Part shown: positions 1-9,279 of the stretch, one piece after another | Position numbering within the stretch: position 1 is the stretch's first letter | Layout of the letters: every line of letters begins with the position of its first letter | NCBI GenBank assembly: GCA_016193485.1 | Contig: JACPRZ010000063.1 | Span: 128,156 to 192,155, forward strand | Length of the DNA stretch: 64,000 nt | Direction: 5' to 3' | Origin: Bacteroidota bacterium | GTDB taxonomy: Bacteria; Bacteroidota; Bacteroidia; JACPRZ01 | The notes under the pieces: generated by a model | Told to the model about the DNA's origin: nothing | The model's database searches: none | The model's input: only the letters and a program-made list of their open reading frames with translations | Translations under genes and position numbers: made by a program

Positions 1-231
1 ATCGCTGATAATACAGCCAATTCTGCCAACGCATTTACCGTCCCTGAACGCCAGCCAGAATTTTGCTTTGCAGAAATTAAATGCCGGATTGGTTCCGGGT
101 GAAAGCGCTTTTACCTCATCGGCTTTTATGGGCGGGACCCAGAAACGGTTTTCCCTGTAAATTTCAAAAGGAAGATTGACAAACCGCCTTGCTTCTGATT
201 TTGTAGTGACTTCCCGGATTTGTATGGACAT
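1..231 (-). CDS. GNAT-type N-acetyltransferase, N-terminal 77 aa. The gene starts at 231 and continues past the left edge of the window.
   Basis: Reverse-strand translation from the ATG at 231 reads MSIQIREVTTKSEARRFVNLPFEIYRENRFWVPPIKADEVKALSPGTNPAFNFCKAKFWLAFRDGKCVGRIGCIISD without a stop. This is the conserved N-terminus of a Bacteroidota acetyltransferase family. It is absent from the ORF track because it is truncated at the window edge. Confidence 0.5.
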   Translation of the reverse strand, partial: MSIQIREVTTKSEARRFVNLPFEIYRENRFWVPPIKADEVKALSPGTNPAFNFCKAKFWLAFRDGKCVGRIGCIISD

Positions 232-367
232 GCCGCGCTGTTTTACGAAGCAAACTTACTCTATTTAATGGTTTCTATCTTATTGAATGACAAGTATCAA
301 GTATCCAGCATCAAGTATCCGGAAATCGGTAAATACAAAAATTCAAAATCCAACTTTTAAAACGCTC

Positions 368-1615
368 TTACTCTAATGAATGAATAACCAATCCGCTTCT
401 CAGTTTCGGTTCAAACCAGGTTGTTTTCGGAGGCATAATATTTCCGGTATCGGCAATAGCGATCAGTTGGTTCATGGTTACCGGTGCAAGAGAAAAGGCA
501 ATGCGCATTTCCCTGTTGTTTACCCGCTTTTCCAGCTCAGCGGTTCCCCGTATCCCGCCAACAAAATCAATCCTCTTATCGGTACGCTGGTCTTTTATAC
601 CGAGGAGTGGGTTTAGAATTTTTTTATCAAGAATGGTTACATCCAGGACTTCTACAGGGTCAGCATCATTCCATGTTCCCGGTTTTGCAATAAGCGAAAA
701 CCATTTGCCTTCAAGATAGATACCGAAGGTATGATGGTCAGCCGGGTGCACGGATTTACCACCCATTGCTGTAATGATGAAACTTTCAGAAACCCTTTTC
801 AGAAATTCCTCCGCGGTCATCCCGTTGAGGTCTTTCACTACCCGGTTATAATCAAATATTTTAAGTTGGTCATCCGGGAAAAGCACGGCAAGGAAAAAAT
901 TATATTCTTCATTGCCGGTATGGTGAGGATTGGCATCTCTGCGCTCTTTTCCTACCAGCGCGGCAGCAGCGGTCCGGTGGTGCCCGTCAGCGACATAGGT
1001 ATAAGGTATATGCAAAAAAAGTTTCTGTATTTTTTGAATGGTAGTTTTATCCCGCACGATCCAAAACCTGTGGGCAATGGTATCATCCGCAGTAAAATCG
1101 TATTCCGGATTTTCTGATAAGATAATTTTATTGACCAGGCCATCAATTTCACCGGATGCGCGGTAAGAAAAAAATACGGGCTCATAATTCATCCCGCTCA
1201 CGCGGATATGGTTTTTCCGGTCTTCCTCCTTATCGGGACGGGTGAGTTCATGCTTCCGGATCACATTATTGAGATAATCATCCACCGAAGCGCATCCGAC
1301 AATGCCGGTCTGCCTGCGGCCATCCATTTCCTGCCGGTAAATATAAAAACATTCTTCCGGATCCTGAAAAAAAATTCCTTCCGATATCATTCTGTCCATG
1401 TTTTCCTTTCCTTTTTTATATACTTCAGGAGAATAAGGATTAAAGCCAGAAGGAAAATCAATCTCAGGTTTTATTACATGGTAGAAAGAGAGATGGTTTT
1501 CTCCGGCTTCTTCTTTTGCTTCAGAAGAGGACAATACATCATACGGCCGGGAAGCGACTAACCTGACGTTGTCTTTCAACGGACGTATTCCCCGGAATGA
1601 GTTCAGAACAGCCAT
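368..1615 (-). CDS. DUF1015 domain-containing protein
   Basis: 415-aa ORF with the YVADGHHR motif and the overall architecture typical of DUF1015. Confidence 0.7.
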   Translation of the reverse strand: MAVLNSFRGIRPLKDNVRLVASRPYDVLSSSEAKEEAGENHLSFYHVIKPEIDFPSGFNPYSPEVYKKGKENMDRMISEGIFFQDPEECFYIYRQEMDGRRQTGIVGCASVDDYLNNVIRKHELTRPDKEEDRKNHIRVSGMNYEPVFFSYRASGEIDGLVNKIILSENPEYDFTADDTIAHRFWIVRDKTTIQKIQKLFLHIPYTYVADGHHRTAAAALVGKERRDANPHHTGNEEYNFFLAVLFPDDQLKIFDYNRVVKDLNGMTAEEFLKRVSESFIITAMGGKSVHPADHHTFGIYLEGKWFSLIAKPGTWNDADPVEVLDVTILDKKILNPLLGIKDQRTDKRIDFVGGIRGTAELEKRVNNREMRIAFSLAPVTMNQLIAIADTGNIMPPKTTWFEPKLRSGLVIHSLE

Positions 1616-1617
1616 AC

Positions 1618-2205
1618 TTAGAAAGCGGTTATCCTTGCATCCGGCTGGTCAAGCACCTGTTCGATAATGACAGGGTAGTACCGGTGTTCAAGTTTATGAA
1701 TTTTTTGTGCGAGCGTTTCAGGCGTATCGCCCGGATCTACCCGGCATTTTGCCTGGAAAATAATTGAACCGTGATCGTATTTTTCATCTACATAATGAAT
1801 GGTGAGACCGCTCTCCGCATCTCCGGTTTCTATCACTGCGGTATGCACTTTCTGACCATACATACCTTTTCCCCCGTGTTTCGGTAAAAGAGCGGGATGA
1901 ATATTGATGATTTTATTGGGAAATGCCGCTATCAGCGTTTTTGGAATGAGCCATAAAAATCCAGCCAATACAATCAGGTCGGGATTTTTGATAACTAATT
2001 CATCAGTTATTATCCCGGATATGAATTCATCTCTGGCAAAGACCCTGACATCTACACCAAGATTTTTTGCGCGGGTGACTACACCTGCTTCCGGGCGGTT
2101 GCAATATACGGCTGCAATGCGCGCATTTGTTCCGCCATGAAAATACTCAATTATCCTTTGCGTATTTGTTCCGCTGCCGGAAGCGAATATGATTATTTGT
2201 TTCAT
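1618..2205 (-). CDS. purN: phosphoribosylglycinamide formyltransferase
   Basis: 195 aa with the GSGTN N-terminus, NIHPALLP...G motif and HYVDEKYDHG, all characteristic of PurN. Confidence 0.9.
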   Translation of the reverse strand: MKQIIIFASGSGTNTQRIIEYFHGGTNARIAAVYCNRPEAGVVTRAKNLGVDVRVFARDEFISGIITDELVIKNPDLIVLAGFLWLIPKTLIAAFPNKIINIHPALLPKHGGKGMYGQKVHTAVIETGDAESGLTIHYVDEKYDHGSIIFQAKCRVDPGDTPETLAQKIHKLEHRYYPVIIEQVLDQPDARITAF

Positions 2206-2225
2206 AAATTGATCTGCGGGACCCG

Positions 2226-4480
2226 TCAGAAATCGAAACTTTCTCCTGCATCTTCGACTTTATCTTTTTTTGTATAATTCCAGCAATCGGTATCAATAGT
2301 TACAGGAACAGATGGCGGTTCAAAATCCTCCTTTGAAATATTTATTGTTTTGTCATCATAAACGCTTTTCATATAGTAAGCCCAAACCGGCAGGGCAAGC
2401 GTAGCGCCCTGCCCCCAAAACATACTACGGAAATGGACGCTACGATCCTCACAACCCACCCATACACCTGATACAAGATCAGGGGTAATACCAATAAACC
2501 ATCCGTCAGAATAATTCTGAGTTGTACCGGTTTTTCCGGCTACGGGGTTGCGAATATCGTATTTAAACCTAAGGCGCACTCCGGTACCGATTCTTTTATT
2601 GACTGATTTGGAATAGACCCCATCCACTACCCCTTTTAGCATTCTGAGCATCACCCATGCAGTTTCCTCGCTCATTGCTTCGCTGGTTTTTGGTGTAAAT
2701 TCTTCCAGGATATTTCCATGGTGGTCTTCTATCTTCAATAGATATGTGGGTTCAGTCCATATTCCCTTATTGGCATAAGTACTGAATGCACCGGTCATTT
2801 CATAAACAGAAATATCAGCCACGCCAAGGCATAAAGCAGGGTACGGATCAAGATGACTGGTTATACCCATCCTGCGCGACAGGTCAATTACGGCTTGTGG
2901 TCCGAATTTACTGATTACATAAGCCGTTATCGTATTGATGGAATTAGCAAGGGCGAATTCGATTGCCAGCATTTTCCCGTCAAACTCATCATCTGAATTT
3001 TTTGGAGACCATTTTTCACCTTTTTCATCAATGAAAATGACCGGTACGTTCGGGACTTCTTCACAGGGCGACCATTTTTCCTGTATGGCAAGGGTATAAA
3101 CAAAGGGTTTAAATGCCGAACCCACCTGCCTTTTACCCTGTTTTACGTGATCATACTGAAAGTGCTTGTAATTTACCCCCCCCACCCATGCTTTGATGTG
3201 ACCGGTGTGAGGGTCCATGGAAAGAAATCCTGCCTGAAGGAAGTGTTTATAATACCGGATTGAATCCATCGGGCTCATAAAAGTATCTTTTTCACCTTCC
3301 CATGTGAATATCGTAATCGTATCGGGGGTATTGAATATTTTCAGGACAGAGTCCCTTGAAATACCGGCTTCTTTAAGAAGAGCATAGCGTTCCGACCGGT
3401 TTACGGCTTGCATCAGGATTGTGTTTATTTCCTGCTGTGTAAGATTTCTGTCAAAGGGTGCGTTTTTTGCATCCTTCCAATGCTTAAAAAATTCTTTCTG
3501 AAGGTCTTTCATGTGCCGGGTTACTGCCTGTTCGGCATACCGCTGCATCCGCGTATCAATGGTAGTATAAATTTTTAAACCGTCTTTATACAAATTATAG
3601 GGCGTTTTATTGTCGGGCTTAAGATGATTGGAGCACCACTTATCCAATTCCAGCCGGATATGCTCCCTGAAATATGTAGCGAGTCCGGCAGTATGATCTT
3701 CGGGCCGGAATACAAGTTTTACAGGCAATATTGATAAGGAATCATATTCCTGTCGGGATAAAAAAGAATACCGTTTCATCTGGCTCAGAACAACATTTCG
3801 TCTTGCTTGCGCCCGCTCCGGGTGCTTTACCGGGTTAAACCAACTGGGTGCTTTCAGAATGCCTATCAGAAGCGCTGCCTGCTCGGGTCGCAACGAATCG
3901 GGGGTAGTGCTGAAAAATATTCTCGATGCCGATTTTATACCGTAGGCGTTATTGCCGAAAGGAACGGTGTTAAAATACATGGCGATTATCTCATCTTTCG
4001 TGTAATTGCGTTCCAGTTTTACGGCCGTAAGCCATTCCCGTATTTTTGTAGCAGCGATTTGAAGAGGGGAAGAAAATTTTTCCCTGGGGAAAAGATTTTT
4101 TGCCAGTTGCTGGGTAATGGTGCTTCCCCCCTAAAGAATACCCTGGTTAATCCCTTGAAGTCCACACCGGAATGGCCGGCAAAACGGATATCCTCCGTAG
4201 CAAGAAGCGCATGTACCAGCCGTGGCGATAACTCGGAAAAGTCAGTATTCGTGCGGTTCTGGTAATAGTATTTGCCGATTATGCGGTGATCGGAGGAATA
4301 AATTTCCGAAGCCAGCTGGCTCCGGGGATTTTCGAGTTCTTTAAAATCGGGCAGCGGCCCGAAATATTCAAGCGAAACAAGCCAGATAAATCCGGCCGCC
4401 AGCAATAAAAAAATTGTAAACAGAATCCAGAAACCTGCTATGAAGGGAACGTGAGAAGACCTGTGGGATGAGGGGGACAT
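2226..4480 (-). pseudogene. mrcA: Penicillin-binding protein 1A (transglycosylase/transpeptidase), interrupted by a single-base frameshift in a C6 run at 4126..4131. This may be a sequencing error.
   Basis: Two adjacent minus-strand ORFs (4019..4627 and 2226..3980) together encode the PBP1a N-terminal TM anchor, the EDIRFxxHxGxD transglycosylase motif and the transpeptidase domain. Reading the -1 frame across the C-run restores ...GLTRVFFRGGSTITQQLAKNLFPREKF...IIAMYFNTVPFGNN, the canonical GGSTITQQ glycosyltransferase motif joining both ORFs. The likely start is MSPSS at 4480. Confidence 0.8.
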
Positions 4481-4494
4481 TTTAAAAGATAAAA

Positions 4495-4606
4495 GGACAA
4501 AGATGCTGACGATTACTGTCAGCACCATGACCAAATGCGTTATGATGCAAGGACAAAGATACTGACGATTACCGTCAGCATTATGACCAAATGCGACATG
4601 ATATAC
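4495..4606. repeat. 2 x 56-bp tandem direct repeat, each unit carrying a CTGACGATTAC(T/C)GTCAG palindrome, with a third partial copy at 4607..4660
   Basis: aaggacaaagatgctgacgattactgtcagcaccatgaccaaatgcgttatgatgc is followed by aaggacaaagatactgacgattaccgtcagcattatgaccaaatgcgacatgatat. It lies directly upstream of the PBP1a start. Confidence 0.85.
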
Positions 4607-4702
4607 TGACGGAATTTGATTTTGCAAGTTTACAAAATCAAATTCGTCAGTATAAAAGTGAGATCGTAATAGAAAGAAAGGAATTTGTTCCGGGAACCCG
4701 GA

Positions 4703-5674
4703 TTATTGTTCCTTTTCAAGGGGAGCATCGCCCACGTAAACACCGTTTTTATAAACTGCAACAGATTGAATTATTCCGTTTTCATCATATTTATACCATT
4801 TACCGTCAATAAGTTTTCCGCTTTTAAAATAACCATCCTTTGAAATCTGCTTATTCTTATTGTATAGTTTATGGTACCCGTTACCGTCAAATATACCAAG
4901 ATTCGGTTGTTCATCTTTTTCCACTTTTACCATCTGGGATGGAGGAGGAGGAGGGGGTGGCGGTGGCGGTGGTTCCTTCCGTTCAAATTCTTTTGATTTG
5001 CCGGCATCCATGACTCCATCGGCAAAAGCACGTTCGGCCTTGAGTTCACCGGATTCATAATATTCTTTAATCACACCGCTCTCTTTACCGTTTGCCCATT
5101 CACCCTCAATCATCAATTGTCCGTTTTCATGAAAATATTTTTGCGCGCCTTCCCTTTTACCCAACTGGCTGAAGTTAAAATTCTGGTACAATTGTCCGTT
5201 TTCGTAGTAAAATTTGTATTCACCCGCCCATTTATTGATTTTCCAGAGACCCTCTTCTTTCAAATTTCCATTCTCGTAATACATTTTAGCAGGGCCATCC
5301 GGTCGGTTATTGGTATAGGTGATCTCACTTTCGGTTTTTCCGTTCGGATATAATTTTTTCCAAATCCCGGTTTTTTTGCCGTCTGTATAATTACCCTCTT
5401 CCACAATTTGTTCATCAGTGTAACCGGGAAGTTTTTTTATCTTGTTAAAAACAATCCAGTGTCCCTGTTTGAGATTTCCCGCATCAACAACATTGATGGT
5501 ATCCCCGTTATTAATTTCAAACGACTGGGCGGTGGAAAACAGTACCATTCCGGTCGTAAATCCGGCAATAAAAAGAAAATATGTTAACGCAGATAATTTC
5601 AACGTAAAGCGATTAAAATTATTCCCGGTAAAAAGGCGGCAAAGATATAATTTAATAATGATAATGCAGGTCAT
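4703..5674 (-). CDS. MORN-repeat (YwqK-like) protein with an N-terminal signal/anchor and a 12-proline linker
   Basis: Repeated G(x)WKxYYENGQL-type motifs, a PPPPPPPPPPPP tract encoded by GGN repeats on the plus strand, and a hydrophobic N-terminus. Confidence 0.65.
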   Translation of the reverse strand: MTCIIIIKLYLCRLFTGNNFNRFTLKLSALTYFLFIAGFTTGMVLFSTAQSFEINNGDTINVVDAGNLKQGHWIVFNKIKKLPGYTDEQIVEEGNYTDGKKTGIWKKLYPNGKTESEITYTNNRPDGPAKMYYENGNLKEEGLWKINKWAGEYKFYYENGQLYQNFNFSQLGKREGAQKYFHENGQLMIEGEWANGKESGVIKEYYESGELKAERAFADGVMDAGKSKEFERKEPPPPPPPPPPPSQMVKVEKDEQPNLGIFDGNGYHKLYNKNKQISKDGYFKSGKLIDGKWYKYDENGIIQSVAVYKNGVYVGDAPLEKEQ

Positions 5675-5768
5675 ATATTATTCCATGATTAAACGCGCAT
5701 TTTATACGGTTTCCGGATGATAAATGTTACATTTTTTCCTGTATACTTTTTTTGCCGTCTGTAAATAG

Positions 5769-6716
5769 TTAATTCATAAGATTTTCCAGCATATCTGAAG
5801 TCATTGTTTTAATGTTGTATTCTGCCTTCCATCCCCACTCTTTACGGGCACTGGTATCATTTATTGATCTCGGCCAGGAATCAGCATACTGCTGACGGTG
5901 GTCAGGTGAGTACAGGCATTCAAATGCCGGAAGATGTTTTTTTATTTCAGCGGCAAGGGTATCCGGTGAAAAACTCATACCGGAAAAATTATAAGATGAA
6001 CGAATTTTTATCTTCTCAAATTTGGCGTTCATCAGTTCAATGGTCCCCCGGATGGCATCAGGCATATACATCATCGGGAGAACGGTATCTTTTTTCAGAT
6101 AGCAGATATACTTTTTTTTCCTGATCGCCTCGTAAAAAATCTGAACCGCATAATCGGTAGTGCCGCCACCGGGAGCCGATTTATATCCGACCAGACCCGG
6201 GTACCTTATGCTTCGGGAATCAACACGGTATTTCATGAAATAATATTCGCACCAGCGTTCACCGGTCAATTTACTGATGCCGTAAATGGTAGCGGGATTC
6301 ATAATGCACTTCTGCGGGGTTTTATCTTTAGGAGTGTCAGGCCCGAAAACGGCTATGGAACTGGGCCAGAAAATTTTTGAAATTCTTTTTTCCCTTGCGA
6401 GATGTAAAACATTAAACAATCCTTCCACATTCAGTTTCCAGGCATAGGCCTGATTTTGTTCGGCTGTAGCGGAAAGCAGGGCGGCAAGCATATACACTTC
6501 TTTAATATTGAAATTCCTGACAATTTCATCCAGACGCACCTTGTCAAGCACATCAAGAATTTCAAAAGGCCCGCCTTCCAGAACTTCGTATCCTGGTACT
6601 TTTATGTCGGATGCGATAATCCGGGCACTCCCGAATTGTTTTCTCAGTTCAAGAATCAGTTCGGTGCCTATTTGCCCCGAAGCCCCGATGACAAGTATGG
6701 ATGCCCTGCCCGGCAT
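5769..6716 (-). CDS. tdh: NAD-dependent epimerase/dehydratase family protein, likely L-threonine 3-dehydrogenase (short SDR type)
   Basis: ILVIGASGQIGTEL Rossmann motif and a YGISK catalytic Tyr-x3-Lys. Overall similarity to UDP-glucose-4-epimerase-like Tdh. Start taken at MPGRAS. Confidence 0.6.
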   Translation of the reverse strand: MPGRASILVIGASGQIGTELILELRKQFGSARIIASDIKVPGYEVLEGGPFEILDVLDKVRLDEIVRNFNIKEVYMLAALLSATAEQNQAYAWKLNVEGLFNVLHLAREKRISKIFWPSSIAVFGPDTPKDKTPQKCIMNPATIYGISKLTGERWCEYYFMKYRVDSRSIRYPGLVGYKSAPGGGTTDYAVQIFYEAIRKKKYICYLKKDTVLPMMYMPDAIRGTIELMNAKFEKIKIRSSYNFSGMSFSPDTLAAEIKKHLPAFECLYSPDHRQQYADSWPRSINDTSARKEWGWKAEYNIKTMTSDMLENLMN

Positions 6717-6915
6717 TAAATATTCATTGATAAGACAAATGTAAAAAATCACCGGAATCGGTCATTATTTTATTTTTTAAATCCGTATAAAATGTTACAG
6801 ATGTAAGATTTATGGGAAATATGTATCAGAAAGATATAATGTACCGCAAAGCACAAATTAATTATCTTTGCACTACTGATTATTGGCAGTAATTCTTTAC
6901 ATCTCTTTTCAGGAA

Positions 6916-8073
6916 ATGCCTTTTTACCATAAACTCGGGAAAATACCCCATAAGCGTCATACCGTTTTTAAGTCAGGAGACGGCAATCATTATTACGAGC
7001 AATTATTCGGTACGGAAGGATTTTCAGGCGTTTCTTCGCTTCTCTATCATGTGCACAGGCCTACCATGATCAATACAATTGGTAAGCCGGTTCCTGCAAC
7101 TCCGGTCATTGCCGACTCCAATAATATCACGCCCCTGATGCTGCACGCCCTCAAAGCGGAACCTGTTGCCGATTTCCTGGATAGCCGGAAGCCGCTGATG
7201 GTTAACCAGGATGCGATACTCGGTATTGCCGCCCCTATGGATTCAATGACAGGTTATTTTTACAAAAACAGCGATGCCGATGAAATACTCTTTATCCACA
7301 GGGGCAAGGGGCTATTGAAAACCCTTCTCGGCATAATCGGATTTTCAGAAGGAGATTACCTGGTAATTCCAAGGGGCATGATTTACCAGATCGGATTCAC
7401 CGGGAAAGAAAACCGAATTTTTTATATTGAATCCTTTCATCCCGTTGGATTTCCCGGAAGATATATGAATGAGCAGGGACAGTTGCTCGAACATTCGCCT
7501 TTCTGTGAACGAGACATTAAACTTCCTTCTGATCTTGAAACCTATGACGAAAAGGGGGAATTCCTGATTAAAATCAAAAAAAGCGGAATGATCCATCCGT
7601 TATTGTACGCTGCACATCCCTTTGATGTTGTGGGCTGGGACGGTTGCAACTACCCTTTCGGGTTTTCCATATTTGATTTTGAACCCATAACGGGCAGGGT
7701 GCATCAACCCCCCCCCGTGCACCAGACCTTTGAAACGAAACAATTTGTAGTATGTTCATTCTGCCCGCGTCTTTACGATTATCACCCTGAAGCCGTTCCC
7801 GCACCCTATAATCACAGCAATATTGATTCGGATGAAGTGATTTATTATGTTGCCGGTGAATTTATGAGCCGCAAAGATATCGGTGAAGGATATATTTCGC
7901 TTCACCCGAAGGGTATTCCTCACGGACCCGCACCCGGTGCCATGGAAAAAAGCATCGGGCAGAAAGAAACAAAAGAACTGGCGGTAATGGTCGATACATT
8001 CCGCCCCCTGATGGTGACCGAAGAAGCGATGAAAATCTCTGACGGGAAATATTATAAATCTTGGTTAGAATAA
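6916..8073 (+). CDS. hmgA: homogentisate 1,2-dioxygenase
   Basis: MPFYHKLGKIPHKRHT N-terminus and conserved HmgA blocks along the length. Confidence 0.85.
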   Translation: MPFYHKLGKIPHKRHTVFKSGDGNHYYEQLFGTEGFSGVSSLLYHVHRPTMINTIGKPVPATPVIADSNNITPLMLHALKAEPVADFLDSRKPLMVNQDAILGIAAPMDSMTGYFYKNSDADEILFIHRGKGLLKTLLGIIGFSEGDYLVIPRGMIYQIGFTGKENRIFYIESFHPVGFPGRYMNEQGQLLEHSPFCERDIKLPSDLETYDEKGEFLIKIKKSGMIHPLLYAAHPFDVVGWDGCNYPFGFSIFDFEPITGRVHQPPPVHQTFETKQFVVCSFCPRLYDYHPEAVPAPYNHSNIDSDEVIYYVAGEFMSRKDIGEGYISLHPKGIPHGPAPGAMEKSIGQKETKELAVMVDTFRPLMVTEEAMKISDGKYYKSWLE

Positions 8074-8123
8074 GATGTGTTGTCAGATGTTTCCACCTCA
8101 AAAAACTAAAAACACATTCAATT

Positions 8124-9275
8124 ATGGAAACAAAAACAATGAACATTAAACAACCTGAACCTGTGTCTGCCGGGCAGGCAGGCGAAACGGATTTTCTGCC
8201 GCTTACAGGCACCGACCACATTGAACTGTATGTCGGCAATGCTAAACAGGCCGCATTTTATTATCAGAATTGCTTTGGGTTTCAACCGGTAGCGTATGCC
8301 GGTCTGGAAACCGGGCTGAAGGACCGCGCTTCGTATGTATTGCAACAGGGTAAAATTCGCATGGTGCTTACCACATCGTTCGACCCGGGCAGTGAAATTT
8401 CCCGCCATGTTCAGAAACATGGCGATGGAGTAAAAGTCCTTGCCCTTGAAGTGGACGATGCAGTAAAAGCATTCACCGAAACGGTTACCCGGGGAGCGGT
8501 ACCGGTAAAGGAACCCGTCACACTGAAAGATGAATACGGCACGGTAAAAACGGCTGTGATAAAAACGTATGGAGAAACCATTCACAAATTTGTGGAACGA
8601 AAAAAATATACAGGCCCGTTCTTACCCGGGTACCAGAAAATTATTACACCGTCATCTGTTCATCCTGTCGGTTTTAAGGTAGTGGATCATTGTGTAGGCA
8701 ATGTTGAAAGAGGTGAAATGAACCGTTGGGTTGAATTTTACCGCAATGTCATGGGATTTCAACTGCTGGTGACCTTTGACGATACGGATATTTCCACTGA
8801 GTATTCAGCCCTGATGAGCAAGGTGGTTTCAAACGGGAACGGCTATGTTAAATTTCCCATCAACGAACCCGCAAAAGGGAGAAAAAAATCGCAGATTGAA
8901 GAGTACCTTGATTTTTACCGTGGTCCCGGGGTGCAACACATTGCATTGCTTACGGATGATATTATTTTCACCGTCTCGGAACTGCGCAAGAGGGGGGTGG
9001 AGTTTTTGTTTGTACCCGATTCCTACTATGATGACCTGTTCAGCCGCGTTGGAAAAATTGATGAAGATATTCGGATGATCAGGGAACTGAACATTCTGGT
9101 TGACAGGGATGACGAAGGGTACCTTCTGCAACTCTTCACCAAACCGGTTTCCGACAGGCCTACCCTGTTTTTTGAAATTATTCAGCGAAAAGGCGCCCGC
9201 TCTTTCGGGAAGGGAAATTTTAAGGCGCTCTTTGAGTCAATTGAAAGGGAGCAGGAAAGAAGAGGGACGCTGTAA
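8124..9275 (+). CDS. hppD: 4-hydroxyphenylpyruvate dioxygenase
   Basis: Two VOC/glyoxalase-like domains. HIELYVGNAKQAAFYYQNCFGF and the C-terminal GxGNFKALFESIEREQ are typical of HPPD. Confidence 0.85.
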   Translation: METKTMNIKQPEPVSAGQAGETDFLPLTGTDHIELYVGNAKQAAFYYQNCFGFQPVAYAGLETGLKDRASYVLQQGKIRMVLTTSFDPGSEISRHVQKHGDGVKVLALEVDDAVKAFTETVTRGAVPVKEPVTLKDEYGTVKTAVIKTYGETIHKFVERKKYTGPFLPGYQKIITPSSVHPVGFKVVDHCVGNVERGEMNRWVEFYRNVMGFQLLVTFDDTDISTEYSALMSKVVSNGNGYVKFPINEPAKGRKKSQIEEYLDFYRGPGVQHIALLTDDIIFTVSELRKRGVEFLFVPDSYYDDLFSRVGKIDEDIRMIRELNILVDRDDEGYLLQLFTKPVSDRPTLFFEIIQRKGARSFGKGNFKALFESIEREQERRGTL

Positions 9276-9279
9276 TCCG

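Noticed and set aside
380-1561. Several plus-strand ORFs (380..616, 474..719, 731..1117, 1208..1561) lying inside the DUF1015 gene.
   Set aside because: They are antisense to a well-supported 415-aa gene and have no domain signatures. The same applies to most short opposite-strand ORFs throughout the track, for example 1904..2140, 8118..8585, 19818..20330, 30551..31024, 46106..46693 and 57064..57793.
4495-4606. A possible CRISPR array formed by the tandem repeats upstream of PBP1a.
   Set aside because: There are only two full units with no unique spacers between them, the repeats are directly abutting, and there is no cas gene.
2226-4627. The two ORFs 2226..3980 and 4019..4627 treated as separate genes.
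   Set aside because: Together they make one collinear PBP1a, and the universal GGSTITQQ motif is recovered by a 1-nt frame correction at a C-run. The upstream extension to 4627 (MQNQIPSV...) precedes the TM anchor and overlaps the repeat array, so the likely start is 4480.
4860-5060. ORF encoding a GGGGGGGGGGG stretch.
   Set aside because: It is the antisense reading of the poly-proline codons in the MORN-repeat gene.
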